The notes under the pieces were generated by a model. That model searched no databases. It was not told the DNA's origin and was given only the letters and a program-made list of their open reading frames with translations. A DNA stretch of 64,000 bases, from sequence record OP595145.1; one strand, written 5' to 3'. The position numbers and the translations under genes were made by a program. Within the stretch, counting starts at the first letter, position 1; the number at the start of each line of letters is the position of its first letter. This document shows positions 53,549 to 61,662 of the stretch, piece by piece. The stretch is from Escherichia phage vB_EcoM_DE16.

Positions 53549-53682
53549 TCATCTTGTCGAGGGGGCGCGGCACAACGACAATAAACAACAGGAGGGCGCA
53601 ATGTAGGACGGGCAAAGGTGAGGATCTCCATAATCCACCGTCCACCAACAAAAAACATCATTCATCACCTGGAGTTAAAATC

Positions 53683-53880
53683 ATGGCAACATTGCACATA
53701 GTAGCGAAAGCAGGACAAATCAGCGTCGTGGTAAACGGTTTTACTGAGTTCAGTCATCCCCAGGATGATCATGAAACGGTTTTATCTTTTATTGATTCCT
53801 TGTTAGAAATGGGAGTCATTACAGAAGACCAGCACGCTACAAAATGCAAGCGCGTTAATCAAATTGCAGGGATAGAATAA
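53683..53880 (+). CDS. hypothetical early protein
   Basis: Track ORF trimmed to ATG after GGAG; 65 aa. Confidence 0.35.
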   Translation: MATLHIVAKAGQISVVVNGFTEFSHPQDDHETVLSFIDSLLEMGVITEDQHATKCKRVNQIAGIE

Positions 53881-53886
53881 AAAGTA

Positions 53887-53946
53887 TTGACAACAAACAA
53901 CAACCTGATAAGATGTATCACATAGGGCGGGAAGTGGTTTCCCGCT
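53887..53946 (+). promoter_or_regulatory. promoter plus 5'UTR stem-loop cassette
   Basis: TTGACA, 16 nt, TAAGAT; hairpin GGGCGGGAA-GTGG-TTTCCCGC; then AGAGAGATTATCATC-ATG. Confidence 0.5.
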
Positions 53947-53970
53947 CGTAACAGAAGAGAGATTATCATC

Positions 53971-54243
53971 ATGGCATCATATAGCGCAACAATGATCGTA
54001 GCTGGCACAACTGGTAAACCTATGAGCGGTGGCGGATCTTTCGCTAATATCAATATTGACGGGCGTTTATCCCTGGACGCAGCGATTGCCATTGCACGGG
54101 AAACATTTAAAAAAGAATGTAATTTCAATAAGCAAGATTATTTAGGTTTCGCTATTGAAAAAACCGCGCGCTTTGTTGATTATAAAAGCCCGAAAATGAT
54201 CGACACTACACTAAAAGCGCAAGATGTAGCGTTTTTGCTTTAA
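53971..54243 (+). CDS. hypothetical early protein
   Basis: 90 aa; cassette-supplied RBS and ATGGC start. Confidence 0.45.
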   Translation: MASYSATMIVAGTTGKPMSGGGSFANINIDGRLSLDAAIAIARETFKKECNFNKQDYLGFAIEKTARFVDYKSPKMIDTTLKAQDVAFLL

Positions 54244-54246
54244 GGC

Positions 54247-54302
54247 TTGACATTAACGAATAATTTGTTAATATGTTACATAAAGCGGGAATAGTTCCCG
54301 CT
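54247..54302 (+). promoter_or_regulatory. promoter plus 5'UTR stem-loop cassette
   Basis: TTGACA, 16 nt, TAATAT; hairpin AGCGGGAA-TAG-TTCCCGCT. Confidence 0.5.
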
Positions 54303-54319
54303 ATTTGTAAGGTGGTAGA

Positions 54320-54577
54320 ATGTTTTACATCAAATTAAAAGGTCACGTGATCGCGTTCAAAGATAACGCTTTTTACAGATTAGCAAAATATGCGTTAATA
54401 CATCCCCACTATGTTTATATAAGGGGGCGTGATGAAATAAATATCTTTGATCAAACAACATGCGAGAACATCGAGATCCGCAAGGTTGGCGTACGTGACT
54501 ATCGTACATCTTTCTACCCTTGCAAGGATTCAGCAAGTCTTTTTAAAGTATGCCAATTGTTGAAAAAAGGTGGTTAA
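54320..54577 (+). CDS. hypothetical early protein
   Basis: 85 aa; GGTGG RBS. Confidence 0.4.
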   Translation: MFYIKLKGHVIAFKDNAFYRLAKYALIHPHYVYIRGRDEINIFDQTTCENIEIRKVGVRDYRTSFYPCKDSASLFKVCQLLKKGG

Positions 54578-54578
54578 T

Positions 54579-55136
54579 ATGGGCCGCGAATATGTGATCC
54601 AGTCTTGGGTAAAACATGAAGCAGATGATCCGCGCATCATTCCCGATCATCTTATCGATGAATCCACGGGATATAGCGGTGAGCAAATAGGTAACAGATT
54701 AGCACGTAGTAACGGCAACGTAAAAGCGCGTTATGTGCGCCCTGGCTGGCTGGCAAATGGTAACGCTGATTTATCCAGTGCGGAAGATGCGAGCGACGGC
54801 GCGAAAGATAATCCTTTGTACAAAATTGATCCGGCTTTTCGTGTCCTGGATGAATACCCCAGCAAGATAGCGGCGCTCGATCAGGCCCTGGAAAGTAAGC
54901 GCATCACCTGGACCGCTTACAACATGGCAAAAAACGTACTTGATGGTAAATTGATTCAAGCTGAAAGAAAATTAGCCAAAATTGCAGCCATAGCCCAGGA
55001 GGAAGACGAGGAGACAACGGAAGAGGAAGAGTACGAAGAGATCCCGCCGTTGTTGTGTGTTGATGCTTTTCCTGATTATCAGCCGACAGAGGAAGAAAAA
55101 AGGATCGCACTAGAAAACTTTGAAAATAGTCTTTGA
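54579..55136 (+). CDS. hypothetical protein with acidic C-terminal region
   Basis: Track ORF trimmed to ATG after AAAGGTGG; 185 aa. Confidence 0.4.
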   Translation: MGREYVIQSWVKHEADDPRIIPDHLIDESTGYSGEQIGNRLARSNGNVKARYVRPGWLANGNADLSSAEDASDGAKDNPLYKIDPAFRVLDEYPSKIAALDQALESKRITWTAYNMAKNVLDGKLIQAERKLAKIAAIAQEEDEETTEEEEYEEIPPLLCVDAFPDYQPTEEEKRIALENFENSL

Positions 55137-55189
55137 CATATCGCCGCCACTGGCATAATATTTACCACGTAGGGCGGCAATGGTGCCGC
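55134..55189 (+). promoter_or_regulatory. promoter plus 5'UTR stem-loop cassette
   Basis: TTGACA, CATAAT/TAATAT; hairpin GGCGGCA-ATGG-TGCCGC. Confidence 0.5.
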
Positions 55190-55218
55190 TCATAGTGAAA
55201 TTATGCAAGAGGCTTACA

Positions 55219-55314
55219 ATGATTAATAAAGAAAATAGCTTGACGGTTGGAACGATTAACGCTATCATTCTAGCCGTTCCATTTTGGGTTGTAGTAGCGG
55301 CTATTATTTTCTAA
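55219..55314 (+). CDS. small membrane peptide (31 aa), not in supplied ORF track
   Basis: CAAGAGG RBS; MINKENSLTVGTINAIILAVPFWVVVAAIIF. Confidence 0.3.
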   Translation: MINKENSLTVGTINAIILAVPFWVVVAAIIF

Positions 55315-55322
55315 AAATATTC

Positions 55323-55383
55323 TTGACAACGTTTTTTAATCTGATAAGATGTATCACATAGGGCGGCGGAATACTTCCCCGCC
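55323..55383 (+). promoter_or_regulatory. promoter plus 5'UTR stem-loop cassette
   Basis: TTGACA, 16 nt, TAAGAT; hairpin GGGCGGCGGAA-TAC-TTCCCCGCC. Confidence 0.5.
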
Positions 55384-55406
55384 AAAACAAAAAAAAGGGT
55401 AACACA

Positions 55407-55769
55407 ATGAGCAAGCAAATCAATACTATCATGTTTAATCTGGTATCTTTCCGCGATGATATGAAAAATTTACCACGTGAAACGGTTGATATCCATGTTT
55501 CAGCTTATCGCGCCCTTATTGATATGTTACCGCTAAAACGTGATCAACATGCCGCTAATATGATGCTTAATGCTATGCTTAAAAAGATGATTCAAACGGA
55601 TCTTACTCTGGCGTATGAGTATCAAGGGCGCTTATATGCGACTTACAACAAAGCGGTACCTGGTCTGGGAAGTACCGAAGAGTTGCACGGCTTAAACCTG
55701 GATCAAAACACTTGGGATAGTATGCGCCGCGTTATGGTATGGGCCGAAAGCGGTAAAATTTACGAATAA
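55407..55769 (+). CDS. hypothetical early protein
   Basis: 120 aa. Confidence 0.45.
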   Translation: MSKQINTIMFNLVSFRDDMKNLPRETVDIHVSAYRALIDMLPLKRDQHAANMMLNAMLKKMIQTDLTLAYEYQGRLYATYNKAVPGLGSTEELHGLNLDQNTWDSMRRVMVWAESGKIYE

Positions 55770-55775
55770 AAACGG

Positions 55776-55832
55776 TTGACACTGTTTAAACTTCTGGTAT
55801 AGTTTATCACGTAGGGCGGCAATGGTGCCGCC
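55776..55832 (+). promoter_or_regulatory. promoter plus 5'UTR stem-loop cassette
   Basis: TTGACA, 16 nt, TATAGT; hairpin GGCGGC-AATGG-TGCCGCC. Confidence 0.5.
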
Positions 55833-55852
55833 AACAATAAAAGGTTAACATC

Positions 55853-56032
55853 ATGGCTATCATTGCAAAAACTGAGATTATAGGTTTAGATTCGATCCTC
55901 CTGGCTTATGAGGAAACTTTAAAAATGTATGTAGTGACCTATGGTGATTATGTGCGTGAATACGAATACATTGATCTTGCTTTCGAATGTTACATTCGCC
56001 AGGTCAATAAAGCCTATAACGATTATCGTTAA
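55853..56032 (+). CDS. hypothetical small protein (59 aa), not in supplied ORF track
   Basis: AAAGG RBS; ATGGCT start as in other cassette genes. Confidence 0.35.
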   Translation: MAIIAKTEIIGLDSILLAYEETLKMYVVTYGDYVREYEYIDLAFECYIRQVNKAYNDYR

Positions 56033-56051
56033 AAGTTTTAGTCTTATACTA

Positions 56052-56103
56052 TTGACAATGAGTGATAGTATAAGCATAATAACTTTTATCGGGAATACTT
56101 CCC
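56052..56103 (+). promoter_or_regulatory. promoter plus short 5'UTR stem-loop cassette
   Basis: TTGACA, 17 nt, CATAAT; hairpin GGGAA-TAC-TTCCC. Confidence 0.45.
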
Positions 56104-56129
56104 ACTAACCAAAAAGAGAGATTATCATC

Positions 56130-56495
56130 ATGGCTATTAATATCAATGTTTCCGCTTATGCTACCCTGGCTAACACGGCTAAAATTGAATTATCCAGCAT
56201 TGAAGCGGTGCACATTAGCGCCCGTCGCTGGTTTCAACAGTCCTACGGTAACACATATTTTTCTTTAATGGTTGACGTTGAGATCGGCGGTAAACTGATC
56301 GAGGTGGTTAACGTTCCGTTTCAATATGGCTATGGTGATCATTTTGATACCGTCGCCCTGGAAGAATTTAGCAAGGTTATTAATATGGAAGGTAAAGAGT
56401 TTTCACGCGGCGCGTATCTTTCCCGTTTTTGCCGTGACAATGGGATCACTGTATACAGTCATGCGAGCGATGTTAAACGTAAAAAAGATTTATAA
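56130..56495 (+). CDS. hypothetical early protein
   Basis: 121 aa; AGAGAGATTATCATC-ATGGCT. Confidence 0.45.
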   Translation: MAININVSAYATLANTAKIELSSIEAVHISARRWFQQSYGNTYFSLMVDVEIGGKLIEVVNVPFQYGYGDHFDTVALEEFSKVINMEGKEFSRGAYLSRFCRDNGITVYSHASDVKRKKDL

Positions 56496-56501
56496 AAAGC
56501 A

Positions 56502-56560
56502 TTGACAGCACGAATAAAAAGAGTAAACTGTATTACATAGAGAGCGGGAATACTTCCCGC
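56502..56560 (+). promoter_or_regulatory. promoter plus 5'UTR stem-loop cassette
   Basis: TTGACA, 16 nt, TAAACT; hairpin GCGGGAA-TAC-TTCCCGC. Confidence 0.5.
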
Positions 56561-56584
56561 CTCACTGAAAAAGAGATTAATATC

Positions 56585-56824
56585 ATGGCTAAATCAAAAA
56601 TGTTCTTAGGTCACAAAAATAAAACTCATTGGAATGTAAGCCTTTGGATTAATAATGACGAATCATTATATCGGTTGGCGAAAGAATTTATCGCCGCTAA
56701 TACTAATCGTAATGATGCTGCCCGTGATATGATGTTATTCCTGGAACAAACTGGACAAGATAAAACTCCAGACGGTTTCAAGTATAGCACTACAGCGATC
56801 CGCGCCGCGATGGTTGGAATGTAA
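56585..56824 (+). CDS. hypothetical early protein
   Basis: 79 aa. Confidence 0.45.
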   Translation: MAKSKMFLGHKNKTHWNVSLWINNDESLYRLAKEFIAANTNRNDAARDMMLFLEQTGQDKTPDGFKYSTTAIRAAMVGM

Positions 56825-56833
56825 TAAAAACAG

Positions 56834-56893
56834 TTGACAACGTTTAAAATTAGTGTAAGATGTATCACATAGGGCGGGAAGTGGTTTCCCGCC
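56834..56893 (+). promoter_or_regulatory. promoter plus 5'UTR stem-loop cassette
   Basis: TTGACA, 16 nt, TAAGAT; hairpin GGGCGGGAA-GTGG-TTTCCCGCC (same as the 53887 copy). Confidence 0.5.
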
Positions 56894-56914
56894 AAAACAG
56901 AGAGATTAAAGATT

Positions 56915-57142
56915 ATGGCTATCAATATTGTTCGCGTATCCGGCACCGTTGGCACTTCCCAGGTTATTGCAGTTGTAACAAACAAAAAGATTAATGATGT
57001 ATGTGAGATCTTGAATAAGTGGGCTGTTGCTAATTTTGGGGAATATGCAAGCGTCGAGTACATCGAATCCTACCAGGTGCCAACCATCAGCCTAACCGAT
57101 CTCAACGTTGATCGCCTGTTATGCCTGGATGAATTAATCTGA
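56915..57142 (+). CDS. hypothetical early protein
   Basis: 75 aa. Confidence 0.45.
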   Translation: MAINIVRVSGTVGTSQVIAVVTNKKINDVCEILNKWAVANFGEYASVEYIESYQVPTISLTDLNVDRLLCLDELI

Positions 57143-57151
57143 AAAAGATTG

Positions 57152-57207
57152 TTGACACGGGAAAGAAAAAGAGTAAACTGTATTACGTAGGGCGGCAATA
57201 GTGCCGC
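57152..57207 (+). promoter_or_regulatory. promoter plus 5'UTR stem-loop cassette
   Basis: TTGACA, 16 nt, TAAACT; hairpin GGCGGCA-ATAG-TGCCGC. Confidence 0.5.
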
Positions 57208-57232
57208 TCACAACAGAAGAGAGATTATCACG

Positions 57233-57448
57233 ATGGCTAATATCCGTACACTGTTAAAAAATGCAAGTCAAGTTTTATTTTCAGATGACGAGTATTTCAA
57301 TAAAGACATTACAGGCGTAAAAAATCTTAAAGATGTAAAGGATGTGATAGGTATTCGCGGATCTTTACGTAAAGGTGACTACTACGGCAATAAAGTACAA
57401 TATAAATTAAATCAGTCTTATGATTTTACTTTGACAATTATTTCATAA
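57233..57448 (+). CDS. hypothetical early protein
   Basis: 71 aa. Confidence 0.45.
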   Translation: MANIRTLLKNASQVLFSDDEYFNKDITGVKNLKDVKDVIGIRGSLRKGDYYGNKVQYKLNQSYDFTLTIIS

Positions 57449-57454
57449 AACCGC

Positions 57455-57516
57455 TTGCAATCTTAATAAAATAAAGTAAACTGTATTACATCAAGGCGGC
57501 GGAATGGTCCACCGCC
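57455..57516 (+). promoter_or_regulatory. promoter plus 5'UTR stem-loop cassette
   Basis: TTGCAA, 16 nt, TAAACT; hairpin GGCGGCGGA-ATGG-TCCACCGCC. Confidence 0.45.
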
Positions 57517-57540
57517 TAACAAAGAGAAGAGGAAAACACC

Positions 57541-57708
57541 ATGATCACTTTCGCTACCCGTGAAGCCGCTCGCAACGTTGCCCGTAAAGTTAACGCCGCC
57601 AACCTGGGCGCTACGTTTAAAGCACCTGTAAAAGATGAATCAGGGAAATGGATCTTCCCTGGTCTGCGTCATGCTGACAAGTTAGGTACTTTAAGCCTTA
57701 AAAAATAA
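57541..57708 (+). CDS. hypothetical small basic protein (55 aa), not in supplied ORF track
   Basis: AGAGGAAAA RBS; MITFATREAARNVARKVNAANLG... Confidence 0.35.
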   Translation: MITFATREAARNVARKVNAANLGATFKAPVKDESGKWIFPGLRHADKLGTLSLKK

Positions 57709-57711
57709 TCG

Positions 57712-57749
57712 TTGACTTTTCGTTATAGCGCCTTATAATGGGCGCTATA
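57712..57749 (+). promoter_or_regulatory. sigma70-like promoter with -10 box inside a perfect palindrome
   Basis: TTGACT, 16 nt, TATAAT; inverted repeat TATAGCGCC / GGCGCTATA brackets the -10. Confidence 0.45.
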
Positions 57750-57782
57750 GAGAAGAGAAACCACTACTAACAAGGAAACATC

Positions 57783-58004
57783 ATGATCACTTTCGCTATT
57801 GTCGCCGTTGTCGCTGGTCAGGTTTACGTAAACGATACATTCACCACAGAAGACAAGGCCGCAGGAGACATAACCGCCGTTTACAATAAGTGCAAGGCAG
57901 TAGAAAGGATGTTAGCGCCTTGTATGTTAATGAGTGAACGCCAGGACGGGATAACAGTGTTTACTAACATTGAAACAGGGTACCAAATGGTAGTAACAAA
58001 ATAA
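57783..58004 (+). CDS. hypothetical early protein
   Basis: 73 aa; hydrophobic N-terminus MITFAIVAVVAG. Confidence 0.4.
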   Translation: MITFAIVAVVAGQVYVNDTFTTEDKAAGDITAVYNKCKAVERMLAPCMLMSERQDGITVFTNIETGYQMVVTK

Positions 58005-58007
58005 AGC

Positions 58008-58065
58008 TTGACACGGATTTAATTTTCAGTAAACTGTTACACGTAGGGCGGGAATAGTTCCCGCT
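58008..58065 (+). promoter_or_regulatory. promoter plus 5'UTR stem-loop cassette
   Basis: TTGACA, 16 nt, TAAACT; hairpin GGGCGGGAA-TAG-TTCCCGC. Confidence 0.5.
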
Positions 58066-58082
58066 AAAAAGAGAGAAAGACC

Positions 58083-58436
58083 ATGAAAGCACAAAATGCA
58101 ATTAAAGAGTACATCCTTGCCGCTATCGATTTTAATGATTACGGTATTACAACCGAAAAAGAGAAGATCGCGGAATTGATGCGCCGTTTTAATTCAGAGT
58201 ACTGGTACCCTGATAACCAATCACGTTTTAATTATAGTATTGTTAAAGCACTTGCATCATGGTTACAAGGTTTGCCATCAGATATCAATATCGCTTTCGA
58301 ATATTGGGAAATTGATCGCTTGTTAACATCCTGGGGATACATTAAAGAGAATAGCAACGATGATAAAATCCAACGAGAAAGGGAAAATTATTGGCTTTAT
58401 ATTGCAGGCGTGATCCTTGCTTGCTCTTATGAATGA
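58083..58436 (+). CDS. hypothetical early protein
   Basis: 117 aa. Confidence 0.45.
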   Translation: MKAQNAIKEYILAAIDFNDYGITTEKEKIAELMRRFNSEYWYPDNQSRFNYSIVKALASWLQGLPSDINIAFEYWEIDRLLTSWGYIKENSNDDKIQRERENYWLYIAGVILACSYE

Positions 58437-58442
58437 TAAACC

Positions 58443-58496
58443 TTGACAATTTTACAAAACAGTTTAAATTAACAATATAGCGGCAATGGTGCCGCT
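58443..58496 (+). promoter_or_regulatory. promoter plus 5'UTR stem-loop cassette
   Basis: TTGACA, 16 nt, TAAATT; hairpin AGCGGCA-ATGG-TGCCGCT. Confidence 0.5.
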
Positions 58497-58515
58497 CATA
58501 TGAAGAGGAAACAAA

Positions 58516-58662
58516 ATGAATACATCTAATCGCGCAGAAAAAATTCAATCTTCCAAGATCCGCAAGGCCTGGAACGAGGAAGTGATCCGCAAAGGCGACA
58601 AGCGCAATAAAACAAAGCGCGGGAAGAGTGACAAATATAATTGGATGGATTTAGAGGATTAA
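58516..58662 (+). CDS. hypothetical small basic protein (48 aa), not in supplied ORF track
   Basis: GAAGAGGAAA RBS; followed by a strong terminator. Confidence 0.35.
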   Translation: MNTSNRAEKIQSSKIRKAWNEEVIRKGDKRNKTKRGKSDKYNWMDLED

Positions 58663-58668
58663 CATAAC

Positions 58669-58696
58669 AAGGGCGCACCAAGCGCCCTTTCTTTTT
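58669..58696 (+). terminator. rho-independent terminator
   Basis: GGGCGC-ACCAA-GCGCCC hairpin followed by TTTCTTTTTAT. Confidence 0.7.
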
Positions 58697-58717
58697 ATAT
58701 GTAGAGGATAAACAAAG

Positions 58718-58903
58718 ATGACTTTAAACGAGCTTAAAACAGCCTACAACGCAACGTTAAAAATAGCCGTGCGTTACCGTGATGCGTACGGTTTTATCGC
58801 GCAGGGCGTGATCCTGGGCTTTTCTGACGATGGTTTGATCTATGTTGATGCACATCATAACAAGGTAAAACCTGAAAACGTCATTAGCATAAAATATCTT
58901 TAA
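58718..58903 (+). CDS. hypothetical early protein
   Basis: 61 aa; GAGGA RBS. Confidence 0.4.
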   Translation: MTLNELKTAYNATLKIAVRYRDAYGFIAQGVILGFSDDGLIYVDAHHNKVKPENVISIKYL

Positions 58904-58909
58904 AAGTGG

Positions 58910-58969
58910 TTGACACCATAACCGGACCTGTTAAACTGTATTACATCAGGCGGGGAATAGTTCCCCACC
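58910..58969 (+). promoter_or_regulatory. promoter plus 5'UTR stem-loop cassette
   Basis: TTGACA, 16 nt, TAAACT; hairpin GGCGGGGAA-TAG-TTCCCCACC. Confidence 0.5.
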
Positions 58970-58988
58970 ATACAAAAAGGTAAATATT

Positions 58989-59195
58989 ATGATCACAACA
59001 AAACAAGAAAAAATTATTACAGACATTGCCGCAGTAGCCGCTATTGCTATTATTGGTACCTACTATGACACCGCGCGTCCTTCCTCCTTGCATGAGGTCG
59101 CCGCCGTTGCATCAGTTGGCGTACTGTTTTACGTTGGTAAACGCTATTTATCACCAATGATTAACAAGCTGACACCGTGGAAAAATAAAGGTTGA
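58989..59195 (+). CDS. small membrane protein
   Basis: 68 aa; two hydrophobic segments. Confidence 0.4.
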   Translation: MITTKQEKIITDIAAVAAIAIIGTYYDTARPSSLHEVAAVASVGVLFYVGKRYLSPMINKLTPWKNKG

Positions 59196-59250
59196 TCCTG
59201 TTTTATATTGTGTTATAGTTATCGTGTAGGGCGGCAATGGTGCCGCGCCC
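59192..59250 (+). promoter_or_regulatory. promoter plus 5'UTR stem-loop cassette
   Basis: TTGATC, 16 nt, TATAGT; hairpin GGCGGCA-ATGG-TGCCGC then GCCCTTTT. Confidence 0.45.
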
Positions 59251-59266
59251 TTTTGAGGATGCAATC

Positions 59267-59551
59267 ATGAGTAAAGCTAACACCGTGTTAATGTTTTCCC
59301 TAGTTAATGATGCCGCTCACTTGTCCAACATGACGCAGGAGGGTAACACATTAACGGCAACATTCACCAATAAGCTTGACCGAGTGATCATCATCTCACT
59401 GAAAACAGTTAGTAAAGGCTTTTACTCGTTAGCTTATCATTGGATCACCGATACCGATGAGACAAGCCAGGACTATAGCGCCCCTTTCCCTGAATCAATG
59501 GCACGGGAGATCATCGCCGCCGTTGTAAATGATGGTTTGTTTACTGCATAA
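59267..59551 (+). CDS. hypothetical early protein
   Basis: Track ORF trimmed to ATG after GAGGA; 94 aa. Confidence 0.4.
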   Translation: MSKANTVLMFSLVNDAAHLSNMTQEGNTLTATFTNKLDRVIIISLKTVSKGFYSLAYHWITDTDETSQDYSAPFPESMAREIIAAVVNDGLFTA

Positions 59552-59566
59552 AAATTTAGAAAAGGC

Positions 59567-59623
59567 TTGCAATAATTTTGAGATAGTGTATATTTAATTC
59601 ATAGGGCGGCGGGAATAGTTTCC
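59567..59623 (+). promoter_or_regulatory. promoter plus degenerate 5'UTR stem-loop cassette
   Basis: TTGCAA, 16 nt, TATATT; decayed hairpin GGGCGGCGGGAATAGTTTCC. Confidence 0.4.
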
Positions 59624-59646
59624 AAAGCAAACGAGAGGATTACACG

Positions 59647-59766
59647 ATGAGCAAGTACACAGTAGAATACACGGTAGAAAATCCGGCAGTATCCGAAGGT
59701 AAAAAGATGACATTTGCCATCAGTATAATCGCTTTCGTTGTCACTATCTTATCAATCATCTTATAA
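59647..59766 (+). CDS. small membrane peptide (39 aa), not in supplied ORF track
   Basis: GAGAGGA RBS; C-terminal TM segment; coordinates approximate. Confidence 0.3.
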   Translation: MSKYTVEYTVENPAVSEGKKMTFAISIIAFVVTILSIIL

Positions 59767-59776
59767 GGTGCACACC

Positions 59777-59938
59777 ATGAAAACAACAGACATTATCAAA
59801 GAGATCGCCCTTGCCGCTGGCGTTGAAGTCGAGGAAGTGATCGCGCTCAATCTTACAGAAAACGATCTGCGCAACTATGAAGCGGAAAGCGTGAAAGCAA
59901 GCGGCGCGGTCCTGGTATATGATCCGGCTAACAAGTAA
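59777..59938 (+). CDS. hypothetical small protein
   Basis: Track ORF trimmed to ATG after AGGTG; 53 aa. Confidence 0.35.
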   Translation: MKTTDIIKEIALAAGVEVEEVIALNLTENDLRNYEAESVKASGAVLVYDPANK

Positions 59939-59947
59939 GGGGATAAC

Positions 59948-60058
59948 ATGAATCCGAAAGATATGCAAGCATGGAAAGGGTACGACGATCTAAGCGCCTT
60001 GCGCAATAAGTCAAGCCGTAACCTTAGACGGTTGGAAGCAAAGAAAAAGAAAAAATAG
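59948..60058 (+). CDS. hypothetical small basic peptide (36 aa), not in supplied ORF track
   Basis: AAGGGG RBS; Lys-rich C-terminus. Confidence 0.3.
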   Translation: MNPKDMQAWKGYDDLSALRNKSSRNLRRLEAKKKKK

Positions 60059-60059
60059 T

Positions 60060-60115
60060 TTGACAAGTCCGCCTAGTCTGATAATATATATCTTGTAGGG
60101 CGGCAATGGTGCCGC
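60060..60115 (+). promoter_or_regulatory. promoter plus 5'UTR stem-loop cassette
   Basis: TTGACA, 17 nt, TAATAT; hairpin GGGCGGCA-ATGG-TGCCGC. Confidence 0.5.
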
Positions 60116-60136
60116 TCACAAGAAGAGAGAAAAATC

Positions 60137-60421
60137 ATGAAAATCACAAAAAGCCTAACTAATTATGCAGCACGTCGCGGATTATGTTTAACCGTTGAAA
60201 ACTTAGGGAAAGAAGACTTTTTGTGTTTTTGGGAGCTTGAAAATGATTGCGAGTGGATGTTTTCTTATTCTATCTGCGAAGATCAAAACGGTTGTTTGTT
60301 AACCTGGCGCGGTAATATCTATTTACCGGAAGAAATTAAAGAAGAGTTACCAGGTACGATCATGACAGAGAGACAGCTTAAGGAAATGATTAATTTTGTA
60401 GGGCAAAACATTAAAAAATAA
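60137..60421 (+). CDS. hypothetical early protein
   Basis: 94 aa. Confidence 0.45.
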   Translation: MKITKSLTNYAARRGLCLTVENLGKEDFLCFWELENDCEWMFSYSICEDQNGCLLTWRGNIYLPEEIKEELPGTIMTERQLKEMINFVGQNIKK

Positions 60422-60422
60422 T

Positions 60423-60483
60423 TTGACAGCACGCAAACAACGTAGTAAAGTTTACCACATAGGGCGGCGGAATGGTCCACCGC
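60423..60483 (+). promoter_or_regulatory. promoter plus 5'UTR stem-loop cassette
   Basis: TTGACA, 17 nt, TAAAGT; hairpin GGCGGCGG-AATGG-TCCACCGC. Confidence 0.5.
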
Positions 60484-60506
60484 TCACAACAGAAGAGAAA
60501 CAAATC

Positions 60507-60677
60507 ATGATCCCGACTATGTTTTATGTATCGCGCAAAGGTCACAATATTTTTTGGTCTGAAGATTTAAATGAAGCTATGACGTTTGCCCGTGATCGTG
60601 TTGCTATCGGTGGCGTTAACATCACCGTAACCGATGAAAACGGCATTGAATACTATAACGGCGACAATGAAGAGTAA
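60507..60677 (+). CDS. hypothetical small protein
   Basis: Track ORF trimmed to ATG downstream of the cassette; 56 aa. Confidence 0.4.
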   Translation: MIPTMFYVSRKGHNIFWSEDLNEAMTFARDRVAIGGVNITVTDENGIEYYNGDNEE

Positions 60678-60684
60678 TCAACAA

Positions 60685-60702
60685 GGCGGGATTAATCCCG
60701 CC
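60685..60702 (+). other. intergenic palindromic hairpin without promoter boxes
   Basis: GGCGGGAT-TA-ATCCCGCC perfect palindrome. Confidence 0.4.
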
Positions 60703-60721
60703 TGTATTAAAGGGTAATATA

Positions 60722-60859
60722 ATGAAAACTTTCAACGCAACAGCCTCGACAATTGGTTATATTATTACAGTGCAAGCCGTTGACCTGGTAGCGGCAGCAA
60801 ACAAGATTAAAAAGATGATCCCAACAGGCAGCGAATTTTCCGTTTGGGAAGTAAAATAA
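60722..60859 (+). CDS. hypothetical small protein (45 aa), not in supplied ORF track
   Basis: AAAGGG RBS; MKTFNATASTIGYIITVQAVDL... Confidence 0.3.
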   Translation: MKTFNATASTIGYIITVQAVDLVAAANKIKKMIPTGSEFSVWEVK

Positions 60860-60862
60860 AGC

Positions 60863-60923
60863 TTGACAATAATTTGTTATCTAGTAAAGTGTATTACGTA
60901 GGGCGGGGCAATGGTGCAACGCC
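60863..60923 (+). promoter_or_regulatory. promoter plus degenerate 5'UTR stem-loop cassette
   Basis: TTGACA, 15 nt, TAAAGT; hairpin GGGCGGGGCAATGGTGCAACGCC. Confidence 0.4.
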
Positions 60924-60942
60924 TACTAATGAGGGTAGAATC

Positions 60943-61047
60943 ATGTTAGAGAAAATTTTCACGGTTGCAGTGGTTGGCCTGGCGTTATCGGTTGGAGTAG
61001 TTGCAACTATGGCTAATATGATCCTATCTTCCCACGGTATCGGTTAA
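60943..61047 (+). CDS. small membrane peptide
   Basis: Track ORF trimmed to ATG after GAGGG; 34 aa hydrophobic. Confidence 0.3.
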   Translation: MLEKIFTVAVVGLALSVGVVATMANMILSSHGIG

Positions 61048-61048
61048 G

Positions 61049-61273
61049 GTGAAACAAATGATCACGAATAAGACAGGTAAAACGGAATTTTTACGCAGCT
61101 TGCAAGTTGGTAAACCTGAGATTTGGCATTGTACTAAATCCGCGCATAATGAAATGAAAGATTTTACCGCTACTTTACAACGTGTTAAAATATCTATCAC
61201 ACAGAAAAAAGCCTTGTTAGTAGTAGAAAACGAGATCCCGCAAACTATTATTATTGTCGAGCGTACAGCATGA
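61049..61273 (+). CDS. hypothetical early protein
   Basis: 74 aa; AAGGTG RBS. Confidence 0.4.
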   Translation: MKQMITNKTGKTEFLRSLQVGKPEIWHCTKSAHNEMKDFTATLQRVKISITQKKALLVVENEIPQTIIIVERTA

Positions 61274-61656
61274 AAACAGAAATCATTATTGAAATCATCA
61301 ACGGCTATAAAGAAGCCTTTATTTTTGCTGAATCAGCAAGGGATCATGAAGGTAATTTTATTGATAACTTAGACGATTATGATTTTTCTCCTAGCGCAGA
61401 TCAACGGATCGCCCAGGATGTAACAGCCTTTATTAATGCTAATCTTGCCGCTATCTCTGAGGCAATGAGCGACGGCGCAACAGCCAACCAGATCGGGAAT
61501 GATTTACATTTTACCCGTAACGGTCACGGCGTAGGCTTTTGGGATCGCCCTGAAATATACACCACTAACACAGCCAACCGCCTAACCAATGCAGCTAAGT
61601 TTATGCCGAACGTGTCGGCTTACATTGGTGAAGATAATTTGATTTATATTGAATAA
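61270..61656 (+). CDS. hypothetical early protein
   Basis: 128 aa; ATGA coupling. Confidence 0.45.
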   Translation: MKTEIIIEIINGYKEAFIFAESARDHEGNFIDNLDDYDFSPSADQRIAQDVTAFINANLAAISEAMSDGATANQIGNDLHFTRNGHGVGFWDRPEIYTTNTANRLTNAAKFMPNVSAYIGEDNLIYIE

Positions 61657-61662
61657 AAAGTA

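Noticed and set aside
53319-53651. Track ORF of 110 aa on the minus strand overlapping the first cassette-region promoter
   Set aside because: Runs through the TTGACG promoter and leader of the plus-strand gene; no RBS; composition artifact
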